Shown: positions 1 to 6,642 of the stretch, piece by piece
How the letters are laid out: each line of letters begins with the position of its first letter
How positions within the stretch are numbered: position 1 is the first letter of the stretch
Source: a virus
Lineage: Duplodnaviria > Heunggongvirae > Uroviricota > Caudoviricetes
DNA length: 16,108 nucleotides
IMG/VR virus record: IMGVR_UViG_3300010279_000462
Reading direction: 5' to 3' (one strand)
Made by a program: the position numbers and the translations under genes
The notes under the pieces: model-generated
Database searches by the model: none
Seen by the model: the letters and a program-made list of their open reading frames with translations, nothing else
Told to the model about the DNA's origin: nothing

Positions 1-459
1 TTGAGAGAACTGCTGAGTCAGATCCGCTACGCCACATCTGCAAACCTTTCTATCCCGGAAATCATTGCCCTTTCTGTTCTTGCCATCGTTGCATGGCACA
101 ACCGCAAAGATAAGCAATGGCTCCCAGTTGCGTACTGTGTCTTCCTGATCCTCTATATCACGCTACTGCGCCGTGCACCGGGGTATAACGAGAGCATCCG
201 ACTCCGCTTGAAGCTGTGGCCTAATGCGGGTGTATGGGCAGGTAATTTGCTGAATCTGATCCTCTATATACCGTATGGAGCAACAAGCTGGCGGTGGAAG
301 CAGGAAGGCAAGAAGATAGTTGCTGTTGGATTTGCCTTGTCCGTGTTCTGCGAAGTACTCCAGTATTTGACTGGTCGTGGAATGGCAGATGTAAACGATG
401 TGTTGTTTAACACATTGGGGGCGGCTGTGGGAGTATGGCTGGCCAGAAGGATGGCTTAA
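1..459 (+). CDS. VanZ-like family membrane protein; true start may lie at or upstream of the window edge
   Basis: Hydrophobic helices plus VanZ-type motifs GNLLNLILYIPYG and LSVFCEVLQYLTGRGMADVNDVLFNTLGAAVG. Confidence 0.85.
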   Translation: MRELLSQIRYATSANLSIPEIIALSVLAIVAWHNRKDKQWLPVAYCVFLILYITLLRRAPGYNESIRLRLKLWPNAGVWAGNLLNLILYIPYGATSWRWKQEGKKIVAVGFALSVFCEVLQYLTGRGMADVNDVLFNTLGAAVGVWLARRMA

Positions 460-839
460 TTGTCACTATCACTGTCCTCCTCGTCATCTTCATCATCCTC
501 ATCCTCTGTGCCATTCCATCCGATGAATTCTTCCTCAGCATCATCAAACCTTGACCATTCGAGATGCTGTCCACAATGATTGCAGTAAAGCTGGTACTCA
601 TATTCCATTGAAATATTGCACCGTGGACATACAGCGTACATGTTTCGGTCTCTGTGGATGCGAACCTTAGTCACAGGCTTTGGCGTGCGGAATGTGTAAG
701 AGAGCAGTAGATTGATGATAAAGCGATGATGTGGGCGAATAGGACAATCCAGTTCAATCTCGTCATCAATCCAATCATCCTCACCAAAAAGGTCGATGTC
801 GGAGCTGTCGGTAGCCGACTTATTGGGGTCTGTGTTCAT
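456..839 (-). CDS. Hypothetical zinc-ribbon protein with acidic termini (127 aa)
   Basis: CPRC-x11-CNHC motif (CPRCNISMEYEYQLYCNHCGQHLEW); RBS GAGGTG upstream of the ATG; 4-nt convergent overlap with the VanZ-like gene. Confidence 0.7.
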   Translation of the reverse strand: MNTDPNKSATDSSDIDLFGEDDWIDDEIELDCPIRPHHRFIINLLLSYTFRTPKPVTKVRIHRDRNMYAVCPRCNISMEYEYQLYCNHCGQHLEWSRFDDAEEEFIGWNGTEDEDDEDDEEDSDSDN

Positions 840-919
840 ATCAAATCACCTCTATGAGTAAGCATAAAGGCAAAAGTGGAACACCGCGATGTATATTTGT
901 CCGATATTTGAGGATGAGC

Positions 920-946
920 TTGAAAACGATGATCTGAAAGTATAAT
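920..946 (+). promoter_or_regulatory. Putative sigma-A promoter for the HEPN-like gene and tRNA-like RNA
   Basis: TTGAAA (920-925) and perfect TATAAT (941-946); the 15-nt spacer is short. Confidence 0.5.
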
Positions 947-951
947 ATTGG

Positions 952-1021
952 GCTGTGAGGAGTGACACCTCACAGCTTTGCCGCTCGAAACTTTGCACAC
1001 CTCTACGTGGTGAGCGGCAGG
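952..1021 (+). promoter_or_regulatory. Two-hairpin 5' leader
   Basis: Perfect 9-bp stem GCTGTGAGG (952-960) / CCTCACAGC (968-976); second stem TGCCGCTC (979-986) / GAGCGGCA (1012-1019), extendable by two G-U pairs. Confidence 0.5.
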
Positions 1022-1084
1022 CAACACAAGAGATTGTGGCTAAGAATGCAGAGAACTTTCATTATAAGAGATGCTGGTGTGAAT

Positions 1085-1861
1085 ATGAATATATTGAAAG
1101 AATTTTCAAACGAACTTGGATATATCAACATCGGCAATCAGTATATTGAATTGTCTGTTCGTTATTATAAACGAGAACATGGAACTGAATCATTAGAACC
1201 AATGGCAAGAGCTATTGGTTTGTCAATCTCGACGTTGCCAGAGGATTATTATGCGCGGGTTGCAAAGGGGTACATTGTAGGTATACAGTCTTGCTTTGAA
1301 AAATACCTGATTGCATTTAAGGAGTTGTGTGGTAACCCTACTGAAAATATTGAACCGTATAATCCCAAAACACAGAAAACTAATAGACTAGAGTGGACAT
1401 TAAAAGCGTGTTACGGTAATCACCTTCCTGACGATGTTAGGGAGTACTATTATATATGTAATTATTATAGGCTTGCAAGAAACCACAGTGTACATAGAGG
1501 TGAACAATCTGCTGAGTATAAGAGTGCGTGGAGTTTAGTGGAGGAAATTGACAAATCTCTTTTGAAATCGGGGATGTGTGACCGTCTCGAAGCACCCAAT
1601 CCAATAGAAAAATTGACATTCGACGATCAGGTGCTGTTTTCAAGAGTTGCGAGATTGCTGGCAGAGAGAATCTACAAAGACAGTAGGTACAACTGGAATA
1701 GAATCTTGACGGTAAACCGTGAGATGCTTGTAGGTGTAGCAGGTACTGTTAGAGATGATACAAGAAAACGAGATATTAAGATTATCAATTTTTTGGCGCA
1801 AACATATCCGGCAAAAGGACAGCATGAGTTGGTTGATTGTTTGCACTCATTTGTGTTATAA
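1085..1861 (+). CDS. HEPN-superfamily-like protein, putative RNase (258 aa from ATG 1085)
   Basis: N-terminal SCFEKYL helix with conserved-type Glu (1298-1300) and R-x4-H motif RNHSVH (1478-1495) in the context YRLARNHSVH. Visibly AT-richer than the downstream genes. GGTG SD-like sequence at 1076-1079. The ORF-track extension to 962 runs through the hairpin leader. Confidence 0.65.
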   Translation: MNILKEFSNELGYINIGNQYIELSVRYYKREHGTESLEPMARAIGLSISTLPEDYYARVAKGYIVGIQSCFEKYLIAFKELCGNPTENIEPYNPKTQKTNRLEWTLKACYGNHLPDDVREYYYICNYYRLARNHSVHRGEQSAEYKSAWSLVEEIDKSLLKSGMCDRLEAPNPIEKLTFDDQVLFSRVARLLAERIYKDSRYNWNRILTVNREMLVGVAGTVRDDTRKRDIKIINFLAQTYPAKGQHELVDCLHSFVL

Positions 1862-1868
1862 TCCATTT

Positions 1869-1978
1869 GGGTTCTAGCTCAATGGTAGAGCATCCCCCTT
1901 CATAAGCACATAGCATAAATAGTGGATGTGTGTTTATGAAGGGGAAGGTTGGAGGTTCGATTCCTCTGGTACCCACCA
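1869..1978 (+). ncRNA. tRNA-like RNA with an elongated anticodon arm (atypical tRNA, tRNA mimic or pseudo-tRNA)
   Basis: Acceptor GGGTTC(T) / GGTACCC, then A and CCA (1976-1978). D arm GCTC-AATGGTA-GAGC (1877-1891). Anticodon stem TCCCC (1893-1897) / GGGGA (1941-1945). Variable loop AGGTT. T arm GGAGG-TTCGATT-CCTCT (1951-1967). The 43 nt between the anticodon-stem strands (7 expected) fold as a further 14-bp helix, 1899-1912 / 1927-1940. Confidence 0.8.
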
Positions 1979-2034
1979 TTTGAAAATATCAAGGCTGAGG
2001 CTCTATAACATAGAACATTCGGAGGTATTATCCT

Positions 2035-2376
2035 ATGCCCAGAACTAAAGGAAGCAAGAATCATGCCAAGACCGACTTCGATGCACAGCTGGCAAAGCTG
2101 CAGAAGGACAAGGCTCTCTTGGAGGAGGGCGTTGCTAAGACAGTCGCCCAGATCGAGGAGCTGAAAACCGATATCAAGTCTATGCGTGAGTCCTTGAAGC
2201 CGCAGAAAGCTGAGATCAAGAAGGTCGAAAAGGAAATCGCCAAGCTGGAAGCAAAGAAATCGGCTGCTGAGGCAAAGGCTGCTGAAGCCGCAAAGAAGGC
2301 AGAAGCGGAAGAGATGTTGAAGAAGCTGCTGGCCAGTGGCATGAGCGCAGATGAAATCCTCGCCAAATTGAAGTAA
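2035..2376 (+). CDS. Lys/Ala/Glu-rich coiled-coil hypothetical protein (113 aa)
   Basis: RBS GGAGGT at 2021-2026; heptad-like helical sequence; basic N-terminus MPRTKGSKN; followed by a terminator. Confidence 0.8.
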   Translation: MPRTKGSKNHAKTDFDAQLAKLQKDKALLEEGVAKTVAQIEELKTDIKSMRESLKPQKAEIKKVEKEIAKLEAKKSAAEAKAAEAAKKAEAEEMLKKLLASGMSADEILAKLK

Positions 2377-2382
2377 GCATAT

Positions 2383-2427
2383 TAGCCGTGTGGACACTGA
2401 ACTCCAGAAGTTCACACGGCTATTTTT
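2383..2427 (+). terminator. Rho-independent terminator
   Basis: TAGCCGTGTG (2383-2392) / CACACGGCTA (2413-2422), then TTTTT. Confidence 0.7.
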
Positions 2428-2437
2428 AGAGGCCATT

Positions 2438-2457
2438 ATATAGTTTGTGACGGAAAT
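2438..2457 (+). repeat. Direct repeat copy 1, ATATAGTTTGTGACGGAAAT
   Basis: 19/20 identical to 3246-3265. Confidence 0.8.
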
Positions 2458-2474
2458 AGAAGGAGGAATATCCT

Positions 2475-3236
2475 GTGGCTAAGACACACCGCCATGGCCG
2501 CAAGCCAGCCAAGCCAGAATACAGCGCGGAGAAGAATCTGACGAACCAGATGGGCGCTGCCGTTGCCCTCTTCAAGAACGACATGACCTTGCAAGCCATA
2601 GCCGAAGAACTCTCCTTGAACCCCATCAAGGTGCGTAAGCTCCTCATCACAGCCGGTGTCTACCAGTCGGACACTGCCGATGCTGTGCGGCAGACGTTCC
2701 AGTCCTTACGAACAACGCAGGACTATAAGACTGCCGTGTCCTCCACTATGGCCGCCCTGCACCTGTCCCGCCCCTCTGTGACCTCGTACCTCCCATATGA
2801 AAAGGGCGTGTACTTCCCGGAGGATGCGGACGCTGCCAATATCAGCACCGGCGCAGAGAGGCAGCGGCATTACCGGGCTGTCTCCGCTTTGAAGAAGAAC
2901 CCCTGCGAGGAAACACTCTGGAACTGCATCGTTGCCTTCCGGGGGTACCAGTTCAAAACGCTGTCCGGCTTGCCTTTTGCTTACCAGATGAAGAAGGGCA
3001 GGGAAGATGTGTTCACAAAAGAGCTGTGGATCGACAGGCGGGAAAGCAGCAAGAGTCTTGCGTGGAGTTCTATCTTGCTGGCGTACAAGAACATCGGAAC
3101 AATCGGTGCAGTCGTGGACAGACCCAAGGCATTGGGCGACATTCGGGGCGTGTCCTATATCTACGGGATGTTCTACCGCTTCGGCCTGATTGATGTGCCG
3201 GACAAGGTCAAGGAGAAGATGAAGAAGGGAAAGTAA
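2475..3236 (+). CDS. Hypothetical protein with HTH-like segments (253 aa)
   Basis: GTG start with RBS AGGAGG (2461-2466); HTH-like LQAIAEELSLNPIKVRKLLITAG and TMAALHLSRPSVTSYL; C-terminal domain not assigned. Confidence 0.75.
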   Translation: MAKTHRHGRKPAKPEYSAEKNLTNQMGAAVALFKNDMTLQAIAEELSLNPIKVRKLLITAGVYQSDTADAVRQTFQSLRTTQDYKTAVSSTMAALHLSRPSVTSYLPYEKGVYFPEDADAANISTGAERQRHYRAVSALKKNPCEETLWNCIVAFRGYQFKTLSGLPFAYQMKKGREDVFTKELWIDRRESSKSLAWSSILLAYKNIGTIGAVVDRPKALGDIRGVSYIYGMFYRFGLIDVPDKVKEKMKKGK

Positions 3237-3245
3237 CAGTTATTC

Positions 3246-3265
3246 ATATAGTTTGTGACGAAAAT
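3246..3265 (+). repeat. Direct repeat copy 2, ATATAGTTTGTGACGAAAAT
   Basis: 19/20 identical to 2438-2457; begins 9 nt after the stop of the 253-aa gene. Confidence 0.8.
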
Positions 3266-3291
3266 CCGATACGTGATTTAAGTATACAGTG

Positions 3292-3318
3292 TTGCTTCGA
3301 TAGGAAATATGGTATAAT
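3292..3318 (+). promoter_or_regulatory. Putative extended -10 promoter
   Basis: TG-G-TATAAT at 3310-3318; TTGCTT at 3292-3297 (15-nt spacer). Confidence 0.5.
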
Positions 3319-3364
3319 GGGTGCGGCGGTTTTCCGTACTACATGAAAAGGGCAGGTGAATGTG

Positions 3365-3781
3365 ATGTATCACATCATTTGTCAGAATGCACGCTCTTCC
3401 GTTGCCGTAGACCATATTGTCGAAGCAATCAGTCTATTGGAATTGAAAAGAGAAAAGAACAGAATCAACAAACGAATCCAGTCATTGCTACAGATTTCCG
3501 ATGACTTGGAACCTAATTCTGTAGAGTACCAACGTGTATACGAAAGAATTCTTGAACTGTGGAAACAGCGCGAACTTATAAGACGGGTTAGAAAAGTTAA
3601 ATGCGCAAGAATTCATGCGTTATTACACACTCTTTGGGTCAACAGAGTAAAGAATGCCAGCCGCGCATCAGCAGGCTTATCTCTTGACCTAATGAGTGAA
3701 TCGCAGCCCATTCCGCCCATGTTTGAGGCTACTGTGTGTAGTTTTGGACATGGGAGGAACTCCTATGCCCTCTCATGCTGA
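3365..3781 (+). CDS. Hypothetical protein; start uncertain (GTG 3356, GTG 3362 or ATG 3365)
   Basis: Open frame downstream of a promoter, with AGGTG SD-like sequence; helical N-terminal half; overlaps the next gene's start; no family recognised. Confidence 0.5.
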   Translation: MYHIICQNARSSVAVDHIVEAISLLELKREKNRINKRIQSLLQISDDLEPNSVEYQRVYERILELWKQRELIRRVRKVKCARIHALLHTLWVNRVKNASRASAGLSLDLMSESQPIPPMFEATVCSFGHGRNSYALSC

Positions 3782-4223
3782 GCTTACAAAAAACTACTAT
3801 CATATCATCGATCCAGAAGGAACTTTATCCGAATTTGAGAGAGTGCGAAAAGAAAATGAGATACTGGATTCAATGCCAGCCAGTTTTCCAGATGCTTTAT
3901 GCTATGTTATGAAAATTGCAAAGGCTACAAAGGAATCTTTAGCATATGAGTCTGGCGTTTCTGAGTCTACAATCGGACGTTATCGGACGGGGAAGACAAG
4001 CCATTATTCTCAAGGAAAAATTGTTGCGCTTTGCGTTGGTATGCATCTTCCACCGTGGCTGTCGTATAAACTTGTGGAGAAAGCAGGTTTCCAATTGGCA
4101 GATACAAGAGAGCAGCGTATATACATGTGGATTCTTAACTGTATGTTTATGGAAACCATGGATACAGTTGAGGAGCAATTGAGATTGAGTGGCGGCGGCT
4201 CCCTTCTTCAAAAAGCGGGATAA
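3765..4223 (+). CDS. XRE-family HTH transcriptional regulator (152 aa)
   Basis: RBS GGAGG (3753-3757) before ATG 3765; HTH FPDALCYVMK..TKESLAYESGVSESTIGRYRTG; resembles the C-terminal domain of the 9123-11096 protein. Confidence 0.8.
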   Translation: MPSHAELTKNYYHIIDPEGTLSEFERVRKENEILDSMPASFPDALCYVMKIAKATKESLAYESGVSESTIGRYRTGKTSHYSQGKIVALCVGMHLPPWLSYKLVEKAGFQLADTREQRIYMWILNCMFMETMDTVEEQLRLSGGGSLLQKAG

Positions 4224-4264
4224 GTCAAGTCCATAAAACAGCACCTTTCACCAGTTATAAAATG

Positions 4265-4312
4265 AGCCGTGTGTTGCATCCTAAATTGAGGAGTTGAACA
4301 CACGACTTTTTT
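4265..4312. terminator. Probable bidirectional terminator between convergent genes
   Basis: AGCCGTGTGTT (4265-4275) / AACACACGACT (4297-4307) with one mismatch; T run to 4312; A run at 4259-4262 gives a U tract for the minus strand. Confidence 0.55.
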
Positions 4313-4314
4313 GA

Positions 4315-4485
4315 TTATTCCCAATCTTCGTTCCTCGCCCGGAGCAGGTCTTGGATTTCTTTCTCGGTAGCAAGGCGGACAGCGGGATGTTCATTGTATT
4401 CGATCTTGCCGCAGTCCGGGCAGCGGTCGGGAAGCGACTCTGCCTCGAAACAGTAGTGGCAGACATCGCAGAAATAGTAGGTCAC
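4315..4485 (-). CDS. Small rubredoxin-like zinc-ribbon protein (56 aa), absent from the ORF track
   Basis: Manual translation MTYYFCDVCHYCFEAESLPDRCPDCGKIEYNEHPAVRLATEKEIQDLLRARNEDWE; CxxC-x12-CPxCG; GTG start with AAGGAAG SD-like sequence. Confidence 0.7.
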   Translation of the reverse strand: MTYYFCDVCHYCFEAESLPDRCPDCGKIEYNEHPAVRLATEKEIQDLLRARNEDWE

Positions 4486-4563
4486 GGAATAAGCACTTCC
4501 TTATCAACAGATGGCTATAAATTGGCCGAGTATTGCTGTGTGGCTAAACTATGTTGAGATGGT

Positions 4564-5091
4564 TTATATATCATCCGGGTATTTCTCAATGCCGAGGTAA
4601 TCCTCAATGCTGGTGATCCCTTCGCCGGTGATCTCGCAGATGTCATCGAAGGGGATGACAGTCGCCAGCTCTTTCTCGATACCCACAGTCTTCTGCGTAC
4701 TATCTGGCATGATTTTCAGCTCACAGAAAACTGTGTCGAGCGTAACAACCGTGCCGGACACATCTTCGTACCGTCCTGATGTCTCATTGACATGGAGAAA
4801 ATAACGGACAGTTATCTTCATGCCCTTTTTGACTTGCAGGAGCTTGTCGGAGAGGGTGTTCTTTTCCTCATCTGACAGCTCGATCTTCTTCACCAGCAGC
4901 TTTGTCGCACCCTCGTTGGAGATTTCATCATCGAAACCGCGCAGTGCAGCGAAGGGGCTGAAGATTTTTGCCCGGTTGGTTATCGGCATCCGTGGATGCT
5001 TCCGAGGAGGTTCTGGTCGGGAGGCGTGGAGAATGTCAGAATACTTCTGTGCGACGATTCTGCCTTCTTTGGTATTCTTGCAGTCTGCCAT
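4564..5091 (-). CDS. YolD-like family protein, Y-family polymerase accessory (175 aa)
   Basis: Motif HPRMPITNRAKIFSPFAALRGFDDEI; directly downstream of the Y-family polymerase; strong RBS GAAGGAGG before ATG 5091. Confidence 0.8.
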   Translation of the reverse strand: MADCKNTKEGRIVAQKYSDILHASRPEPPRKHPRMPITNRAKIFSPFAALRGFDDEISNEGATKLLVKKIELSDEEKNTLSDKLLQVKKGMKITVRYFLHVNETSGRYEDVSGTVVTLDTVFCELKIMPDSTQKTVGIEKELATVIPFDDICEITGEGITSIEDYLGIEKYPDDI

Positions 5092-5120
5092 GAAATCCTC
5101 CTTCCTCACACTGTGATTTA

Positions 5121-6593
5121 TCATTTGGCTTTGTGACCGCCAATCTGACCGTTGCGTTCCCGCATGGTCGCGCCGTCAAGATAGTTCGTGCCTTTCAGAA
5201 CAGCGTTCTTACCGAACTTCTTCTTGATGCCAAGCATGGTTTCTTGAAGGGCTTTCTCCCGTTCCAGCTTGGCAGTGTCGGTGAACAAGTCAACTTGCAG
5301 GATGCCCTGATCCTTGACCACACGATTGGCGGCTATTGTTATTCTCCGCACAGTTAGCTTCTTGTCAGCGATGCGGTCGAATAGTTCCATCGTAGCCGCC
5401 ATGAGCTGACTGCTGAGATTACTGGGGTTGTCGAGCCTTGCACTGCCGTGTGCGCCTTTCGGGACCGTGCGGCCGTAGTGATCAATGTGGACGGGACCGT
5501 GGTAGATGCCCTTATCGCAGTTCTCCCGGTCATACCCGATGTCCAGCGTCAGGCTGTCCGTGACCAGCCCTTTGTCGGTGAGCTGGTAGACCAAGCTGTC
5601 GGTCATCTCTTGCACGATGATCCGAGCCTTGTCATAAGGGTAAGGACAGGCGAGAACCTGACCTTCGGACAGGCTGTTGGTCTCCGGCTTGTAGGTGTTG
5701 ATCTCCTTCATACCGCAGGGTTCCAGCCCCCAAGCATGGTCGATGAGGATTTCTGCGTCCACGCCAAATTCAGAATAAAGCATTTCCTGGTATTGCAGAC
5801 TGGCCCGTGCCAGTTCGCCCATCGTGTGGATACCAAGCCTTTCCAGACGGCGCACGGTACCGGGGCCGGTCTGCCAGAAGTCGGTCATCGGCTTGTGGTC
5901 CCAGAGCTGGTATCGGAAGGATTCTTCATCCAGCTCGGCAATGCGCACACCGTCTTTGTCTGGAGCAGCGTGTTTGGCGGTGATGTCCATGGCGAGCTTG
6001 GCGAGGTAAAGGTTGGTGCCGATCCCGGCGGTGGCGGTGATGCCGGTGGTGTACAGCACCTCCCGAATCATTGTCATGGCAAGGTCGTGCGCGGACATCT
6101 TGTAATGGGAGAGGTAGGCGGTCGCGTCGATGAACACCTCGTCGATGGAATACACCACGATATCCTCTGGGGCAATGTACTTGAGGTAGATGCCGTAGAT
6201 CTGGCGTGACACCTTCTCGTAGTACGCCATCCGGGGCGGTGCAACGAGATAAGACACCTCAAGAGAGGAATCGGCGGCCAGAGCAGTTGCATCGTAGGAC
6301 GGAGCGGATAGACACGCTTTGCTGTCCTTGTACACGGCTGTCCTATTGCGGATTGCATCCCGCAGTCGGCCAGCATTGACTTCCTTGACCTTCTGCACGA
6401 CCTCGAAAAGCCTTGCGCGTCCGGGAATGCCGTAGGCTTTCAGTGAGGGGGAGACTGCGAGGCAGATGGTTTTCTCTGTACGAGAAGCGTCTGCTACGAC
6501 CAGATTGGTGGTCAGCGGATCGAGGTGACGAGCTGCGCACTCTGCGGAAGCGTAATAGGATTTCAAGTCAATGGCTAGGTAGGTGCGCGGCAT
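5121..6593 (-). CDS. Y-family (UmuC/DinB/UvrX-like) DNA polymerase (490 aa)
   Basis: Motifs AIDLKSYYASAE, YSIDEVFID, TAGIGTNLYLAKLA and GIHTMGELA, plus C-terminal IKKKFGKNAVLKG; RBS GGAGGAGG before ATG 6593. Confidence 0.92.
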   Translation of the reverse strand: MPRTYLAIDLKSYYASAECAARHLDPLTTNLVVADASRTEKTICLAVSPSLKAYGIPGRARLFEVVQKVKEVNAGRLRDAIRNRTAVYKDSKACLSAPSYDATALAADSSLEVSYLVAPPRMAYYEKVSRQIYGIYLKYIAPEDIVVYSIDEVFIDATAYLSHYKMSAHDLAMTMIREVLYTTGITATAGIGTNLYLAKLAMDITAKHAAPDKDGVRIAELDEESFRYQLWDHKPMTDFWQTGPGTVRRLERLGIHTMGELARASLQYQEMLYSEFGVDAEILIDHAWGLEPCGMKEINTYKPETNSLSEGQVLACPYPYDKARIIVQEMTDSLVYQLTDKGLVTDSLTLDIGYDRENCDKGIYHGPVHIDHYGRTVPKGAHGSARLDNPSNLSSQLMAATMELFDRIADKKLTVRRITIAANRVVKDQGILQVDLFTDTAKLEREKALQETMLGIKKKFGKNAVLKGTNYLDGATMRERNGQIGGHKAK

Positions 6594-6642
6594 CGTTCTT
6601 TCCTCCTCCTGCACTGTGTGCTTTTATTGCCCTGTGTAATAT

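Noticed and set aside
1-459. Glycopeptide resistance (van) cluster
   Set aside because: Only a VanZ-like family gene is present; no other van genes are in the window and the family is widespread outside resistance loci.
470-510. TCATCC/TCCTCG-type tandem repeats
   Set aside because: They simply encode the Asp/Glu-rich tail of the minus-strand gene.
962-1084. N-terminal extensions given by the ORF track (also 3696, 8924, 9045, 11496, 12930, 13243, 15109)
   Set aside because: Internal start codons have better SD sequences or translational coupling, and the extensions overlap leaders, promoters or upstream genes.
1869-1978. Ordinary decoding tRNA or group I intron-containing tRNA
   Set aside because: No 7-nt anticodon loop and the acceptor stem is 1 nt defective. 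The 36-nt excess is far too short for a group I intron and lacks a bulge-helix-bulge motif.
1869-1978. att site remnant of a tRNA-targeting integrase
   Set aside because: The element is full length rather than a 3' fragment; no duplicate copy or integrase is in the window. Cannot be fully excluded outside the window.
4281-4466. 61-aa minus-strand ORF in the track
   Set aside because: Wrong frame; the overlapping 4315-4485 frame has an SD and a clear four-Cys motif.
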